64,000 nt of DNA from an uncultured Alphaproteobacteria bacterium (GTDB lineage Bacteria; Pseudomonadota; Alphaproteobacteria; CAVTAV01). Both the position numbers and the translations under genes were made by a program. Position 1 is the first letter of the stretch. The number at the start of each line of letters is the position of its first letter. Where the stretch lies: positions 960,181 to 1,024,180 of the forward strand of contig CAVTAV010000006.1 in the NCBI GenBank assembly GCA_963732795.1, read 5' to 3'. The notes beneath the pieces are model-generated. The model saw only the letters and a list, made by a program, of their open reading frames with translations. It did no database searches and had not been told where the DNA came from. Shown one piece after another: positions 60,601 to 64,000 of the stretch.

Positions 60601-60686
60601 AATCGATTGACGTTTTTTTCCTACAGTCCGCTGGGGTACACTGCCATATCTTGTGGCTGAATCGAGACTGACGAGCCGATATACAG

Positions 60687-61454
60687 ATGGCTGACATGAA
60701 AATCGGAGAATCGCGCGGCACGCGCGCCGTCGGCCCCTCGTCGGCCCCGGCGCGGCCGGCCGGAAGCGCGCCGACCAGCGCCCCTCGCAGCATTCAGGAC
60801 ACTGTCTCGGTACACGGCATTCCGGCGACCGAAATGACGCCCAAGGTGCAGCAGGCGATCATGTCGTTGATGCAGGAAGTGGAAGCGCTCCGCCAGGAGC
60901 TCTCGCGCACCCATGCCCGGCTCGCCGAGATGGAGCGCTTGGCCGACGAGGATTCGCTCGCGCCGGTGCCGAACCGCCGGGCCTTCGTGCGCGAGCTGTC
61001 GCGCATGGTCTCCTTCACCGAGCGCTATGGCGGCGTGAGCAGCCTGATCTATTTCGACGTCAACGGCCTCAAGGAGGTCAACGACCGCTACGGCCATTCC
61101 GCCGGCGACGCGCTTCTCGTCCATGTCGCGCGGATCCTGACCGAAAATGTCCGCGGCTCCGATGTCGTCGCGCGGCTCGGCGGCGACGAGTTCGGCGTGC
61201 TGCTCGCCCAGGCGGAAGAGGACAAGGCCAATATCAAGGCCGCCTCCCTCGCCAAGGCGCTCGAAGATTCCGACTTTTCCTGGAAAGGCGAGCCGATCCA
61301 TGTGCACGCGGCCTTCGGCGTCTATTCCTTCGATGGAAGGGTCGATGTGAAGGCCGCGCTCGATGCGGCCGACCGCGCCATGTATAAGCGCAAGCGCGAC
61401 ATGAAGAAGAAGGCGGTCAACGGCGCCGCGCCTGGTACGACGGACTCCTCATAG
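60687..61454 (+). CDS. GGDEF-domain diguanylate cyclase with I-site
   Basis: Active site RLGGDEFGVLL, with RGSD exactly five residues upstream (RxxD inhibitory site). The N-terminus is a disordered Pro/Ala/Ser-rich stretch plus a coiled coil. No recognisable sensor domain. Confidence 0.85.
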   Translation: MADMKIGESRGTRAVGPSSAPARPAGSAPTSAPRSIQDTVSVHGIPATEMTPKVQQAIMSLMQEVEALRQELSRTHARLAEMERLADEDSLAPVPNRRAFVRELSRMVSFTERYGGVSSLIYFDVNGLKEVNDRYGHSAGDALLVHVARILTENVRGSDVVARLGGDEFGVLLAQAEEDKANIKAASLAKALEDSDFSWKGEPIHVHAAFGVYSFDGRVDVKAALDAADRAMYKRKRDMKKKAVNGAAPGTTDSS

Positions 61455-61474
61455 CGGCAAATCCAGTCTCGCCC

Positions 61475-61682
61475 TCAGGCGATGATATCCGGGATCAGGA
61501 TCGCGCGGATCTTGGTGATCTCGTCCTTCAGCGCGAGCTTGCGTTTTTTGAGGCGTTGAAGCTGGAGCTGGGTGAACGAGCCGGCCTGAACTCATGGCGA
61601 TGATGGCATCGTCGAGGTCTCGATGCTGCGTCTCGAGTTCCGCGAGCGCCGCTTTGAGCTGCTCCTCGTCCTGTGTTTCCAT
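61475..61682 (-). pseudogene. DUF465 (YdcH-like) small protein; frame broken once (extra base at ~61592)
   Basis: METQDEEQLKAALAELETQHRDLDDAIIAM | VQAGSFTQLQLQRLKKRKLALKDEITKIRAILIPDIIA. Length 208 = 3n+1. Confidence 0.7.
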
Positions 61683-61835
61683 GACCGCCGATGACCGGTG
61701 TGACGTCTATCCCGAAGGACGCTTGACTGGCTCGCCGCCGAAAATCGTCACTCCCATTGGAGACAAACCGGGCCATCATACCGCATAATCGATACCGGCG
61801 CTAATCAAGACAGGTGCGAGGGGGCGGATCAGGAC

Positions 61836-62351
61836 GTGACAGAAACGGCACCGGCTGAAAATCCATTTTGGGATTATTCCCTAAAGCTTTACGAACAGGA
61901 CGGCGTGAAGGACACCTGTCTCGCCCTGCAGGACGAGACCGGGGCGGATGTTAATCTGATCCTGTTCTTCTGCTGGATCGCGCAGAGCGGTCGCGGGCGG
62001 CTGACCCGGGCCGAAATCCAGGCGGCGATGGCGGCCGTTGCGGTCTGGCGCGTCCAGGTACTGCTGCCCCTGCGCCGGGTCCGCAACCGGCTCCGCAAGG
62101 ACGGCCCCGAGGACGAGGCCGGATTGCGCCGCGACGTTCTGAAATTGGAGCTCGACGCCGAACGGATCGAACAGGCCCGGCTTTACAAAGGCGTGCCGCG
62201 CGATCCGACCCCGCTCGACACGACGCCCGAGACCCGCCGCGGCGACGCCGCATACAATTGCGGCGTCTATTTCGAAGAGTTGGGCATCGCACTGGACGAC
62301 GGTCTCGGGGAGGCATTCGGCCGCCTGATCGACACCGCGACTCGGGATTGA
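61836..62351 (+). CDS. TIGR02444 (DUF2390) family protein
   Basis: 171 aa (GTG start): ...NPFWDYSLKLYEQDGVKDTCLALQDETGADVNLILFFCWIAQSG. Confidence 0.65.
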   Translation: MTETAPAENPFWDYSLKLYEQDGVKDTCLALQDETGADVNLILFFCWIAQSGRGRLTRAEIQAAMAAVAVWRVQVLLPLRRVRNRLRKDGPEDEAGLRRDVLKLELDAERIEQARLYKGVPRDPTPLDTTPETRRGDAAYNCGVYFEELGIALDDGLGEAFGRLIDTATRD

Positions 62352-62510
62352 CGGCTCTCCGCCTCGACCGGTCGCCTTCCGACTGTGGACAAAGCGACAA
62401 ATTGCCCCGATTTCCGGGCCTTACGCTGTGCATTAACGGGTTTGTAGCTGACTTGCGGTGACGATCGTGGTTTAATAATTAGGTCACAGTACCGTAACGG
62501 AGAGCCGCGA

Positions 62511-62675
62511 ATGACAATTCAGTCGCATCTCGAAAGCCTGAATGAGCAACACACTCACCTGGAACACGAAATCGACGACGAAGTCCACCGCCCACAGCCG
62601 GATAGCCTGAGACTCAGCGCTCTGAAGCGCGAAAAACTCCGAATAAAAGAAGAAATCTCCAAACTGGAGCACTGA
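62511..62675 (+). CDS. DUF465 (YdcH-like) small protein, second copy (54 aa); not in the ORF track
   Basis: Own translation MTIQSHLESLNEQHTHLEHEIDDEVHRPQPDSLRLSALKREKLRIKEEISKLEH. GGAGAG upstream. Locally lower GC. Confidence 0.7.
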   Translation: MTIQSHLESLNEQHTHLEHEIDDEVHRPQPDSLRLSALKREKLRIKEEISKLEH

Positions 62676-62812
62676 ACGGCCGAATTTCGGCCAGGCCGAC
62701 CCGGCCTCCGGGGGCCAACCCCCAAAACGCAATCGAGCGCGACAGTCGCGCGCCCGATCGGAAACAAGCATACAATTTAAGGCGGCCTAAAGCGGCGGCG
62801 ATTCCGTCCCGC

Positions 62813-63407
62813 CTACGGCATCTCCTCGCCCGGAATCTCGGGCGGCGGGGGCGGCGGCACGCTCGGATGGGGCTCGCCGCGGGCTTGGAGCCGCTTGGCC
62901 GCCTTGGCCACCGCGTCGTCGAGATCGGCTTGCTTGCAGAGGCCGAGCGACACCGGATCGACCGGGCGGATATTGGTCATGTTCCAATGGGTCCGCTCGC
63001 GGATCGAATTGATCGTCGGCTTGGTGGTGCCGACGAGCTTGCCGATCTGGCCGTCGCTGAGCTCGGGGTGGTAGCGCAGCAGCCAGGCGATCGCGTCCGG
63101 CCGGTCCTGGCGGCGCGACACCGGCGTATAGCGCGGGCCCTTGCGCCGGCTCGGCATCTTGTCGGCGCTCTTGATGAGCTTGAGCGTCGCCTTCGGGATC
63201 CTTCTCGCAGCGCTCGATCTCGGCGCGCGTGAGCTGGTTGTTGGCGATCGGGTCGAGCCCGACGATGCCCTGGGCGACCTCGCCGTCGGCGATGCCCTGC
63301 ACCTCCAGGGGATGCAACCCGCAGAACTCGGCGATCTGCCGGAAGTTCAGGGCGGTGTTGTCGATCAGCCAGACAGCCGTCGCTTTCGGCATAAGCGGCA
63401 AATCCAT
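62813..63407 (-). pseudogene. DUF1013 protein (TrcR-like cell-cycle transcriptional regulator family); frame broken once (extra base near 63190)
   Basis: ...MPKATAVWLIDNTALNFRQIAEFCGLHPLEVQGIADGEVAQGI...EIERCEKDPE | ATLKLIKSADKMPSRRKGPRYTPVSRRQDRPDAIAWLLRYHPELSDGQIGKLVGTTKPTINSIRERTHWN.... Length 595 = 3n+1. Confidence 0.8.
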
Positions 63408-63645
63408 AAGTCCTCCTTTAGCGGGCCTCCGGGGCGATCTCCGGTGGCGCCGGCAGCATGTCGAATGTCGCGACTTGCTGGATTGACGGAAAGTCGAGAC
63501 GAATTGACCGTCTCCGGCGGACTATAACCATGGATTGTCCCGATGGTAAAGCCGTCGCCGGCCCCGTCCGGCCATCAACATATGGGGTTGCGCCCCGTTC
63601 CATGCCATTAGAGACTGGCTGCCCGAGCCAAGATGGAGGTCTGCC

Positions 63646-63843
63646 ATGGACATCGAGGATCTCGCGCCCCGACCGGACAAACCCCTCAAAGCACTCGCCA
63701 AGGAGGAGCTCGGCACGCTCTCGATCGACGAGCTCGGCGAGCGGATCGAGGCTCTCAAGGCCGAAATCGTCCGGGTCGAGCAGGCCCTCGCTGCGAAGAA
63801 ATCCAGCCTGAACGCCGCCGACAGCGTGTTCCGCAAAGCCTGA
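63646..63843 (+). CDS. DUF1192 domain protein
   Basis: 65 aa: ...LGTLSIDELGERIEALKAEIVRVEQALAAKKSSLNAADSVFRKA. Confidence 0.7.
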   Translation: MDIEDLAPRPDKPLKALAKEELGTLSIDELGERIEALKAEIVRVEQALAAKKSSLNAADSVFRKA

Positions 63844-63882
63844 AACACCGCGGCAATGACGCGCTGAATTTATTGGGGCGAA

Positions 63883-63897
63883 TTAACCGCCTGTTAA
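63883..63897. promoter_or_regulatory. CtrA-type box TTAA-N7-TTAA near the window end
   Basis: TTAACCGCCTGTTAA, with another TTAA 10 nt downstream. The target gene lies outside the window. Confidence 0.35.
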
Positions 63898-64000
63898 TTC
63901 GTCGTTAATCTTCCCGCGGGTAGAATTGGCATCAGGCAGTCCAGGTTTGGGTTGCTGGTGGATCTTATCCACCTTGTTTGACGCCTCCCTGTTAACTTGA

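Noticed and set aside
60621-61307. 228-aa reverse ORF opposite the GGDEF gene
   Set aside because: Antisense shadow. The forward frame carries the complete GGDEF domain.

Overview
High-GC core-chromosome segment with alphaproteobacterial (Rhizobiales-like) gene content and synteny. I call about 70 genes.

Gene content, in window order:
- ccmBA, acnA, a DUF1223 protein, htpG
- a four-gene ABC / ABC-2 / GldG-like / DUF4340 operon
- a DUF2794 protein, xerC, fsa, priA, the F1 ATP synthase operon atpHAGDC
- a TPR protein coupled to a single-heme protein
- one long co-directional reverse-strand block: rplU-rpmA-obg-proB-proA-nadD-rsfS-rlmH-gpmI-envC-ctpA-yibQ-like-rppH
- a POT peptide transporter, a HutC-like GntR regulator, cspA, rpmJ, pyk, an N-formylglutamate amidohydrolase-family protein, a DUF1244 protein, a GapR-like DUF2312 protein
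- an orphan sigma-54 response regulator, pepF, an ABC1 kinase, a PAP2 phosphatase, dgkA, a flavodoxin-fold oxidoreductase
- a DUF2461 protein, two tandem GFA genes with a divergent hxlR, pntAA-pntAB-pntB
- a complete phage-shock locus (pspF, a sigma-54 promoter, pspA, pspB, then three PspC-domain genes)
- rpsU, def, a COQ9-family gene, purE, a GGDEF cyclase
- a cluster of small alphaproteobacterial genes (two DUF465, one TIGR02444, DUF1013/TrcR-like, DUF1192)

Not found: rRNA, tRNA, CRISPR array, transposase, prophage, or any recognisable defence or toxin module. I cannot support a claim that a new biological system is present.

Most striking observation: by manual reconstruction, about sixty reading-frame breaks interrupt otherwise well-conserved, often essential genes. 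Most are single-nucleotide insertions, a few are deletions, and one is an in-frame TAG. They are strongly clustered. About fifty lie between ~23 and ~49.6 kb, with about twelve in envC and seven in pyk. About eight lie in the other ~38 kb. The most likely explanation is a local collapse of consensus quality in the assembly, but this needs reads to confirm.

Biologically notable items:
- a tandem pspC duplication that preserves a 14-nt overlapping gene junction
- a perfect sigma-54 promoter upstream of pspA
- a roughly 100-aa Lys/Ala/Pro-rich tail on ribosomal protein L21
- REP-like palindromes sharing GTCATCGCGAGG termini
- two perfect TTAA-N7-TTAA (CtrA-type) boxes
- an HxlR plus 2x GFA module
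- two conserved small ORFs missing from the ORF track

All break coordinates are approximate (within a few nt) and come from reading frames by eye.
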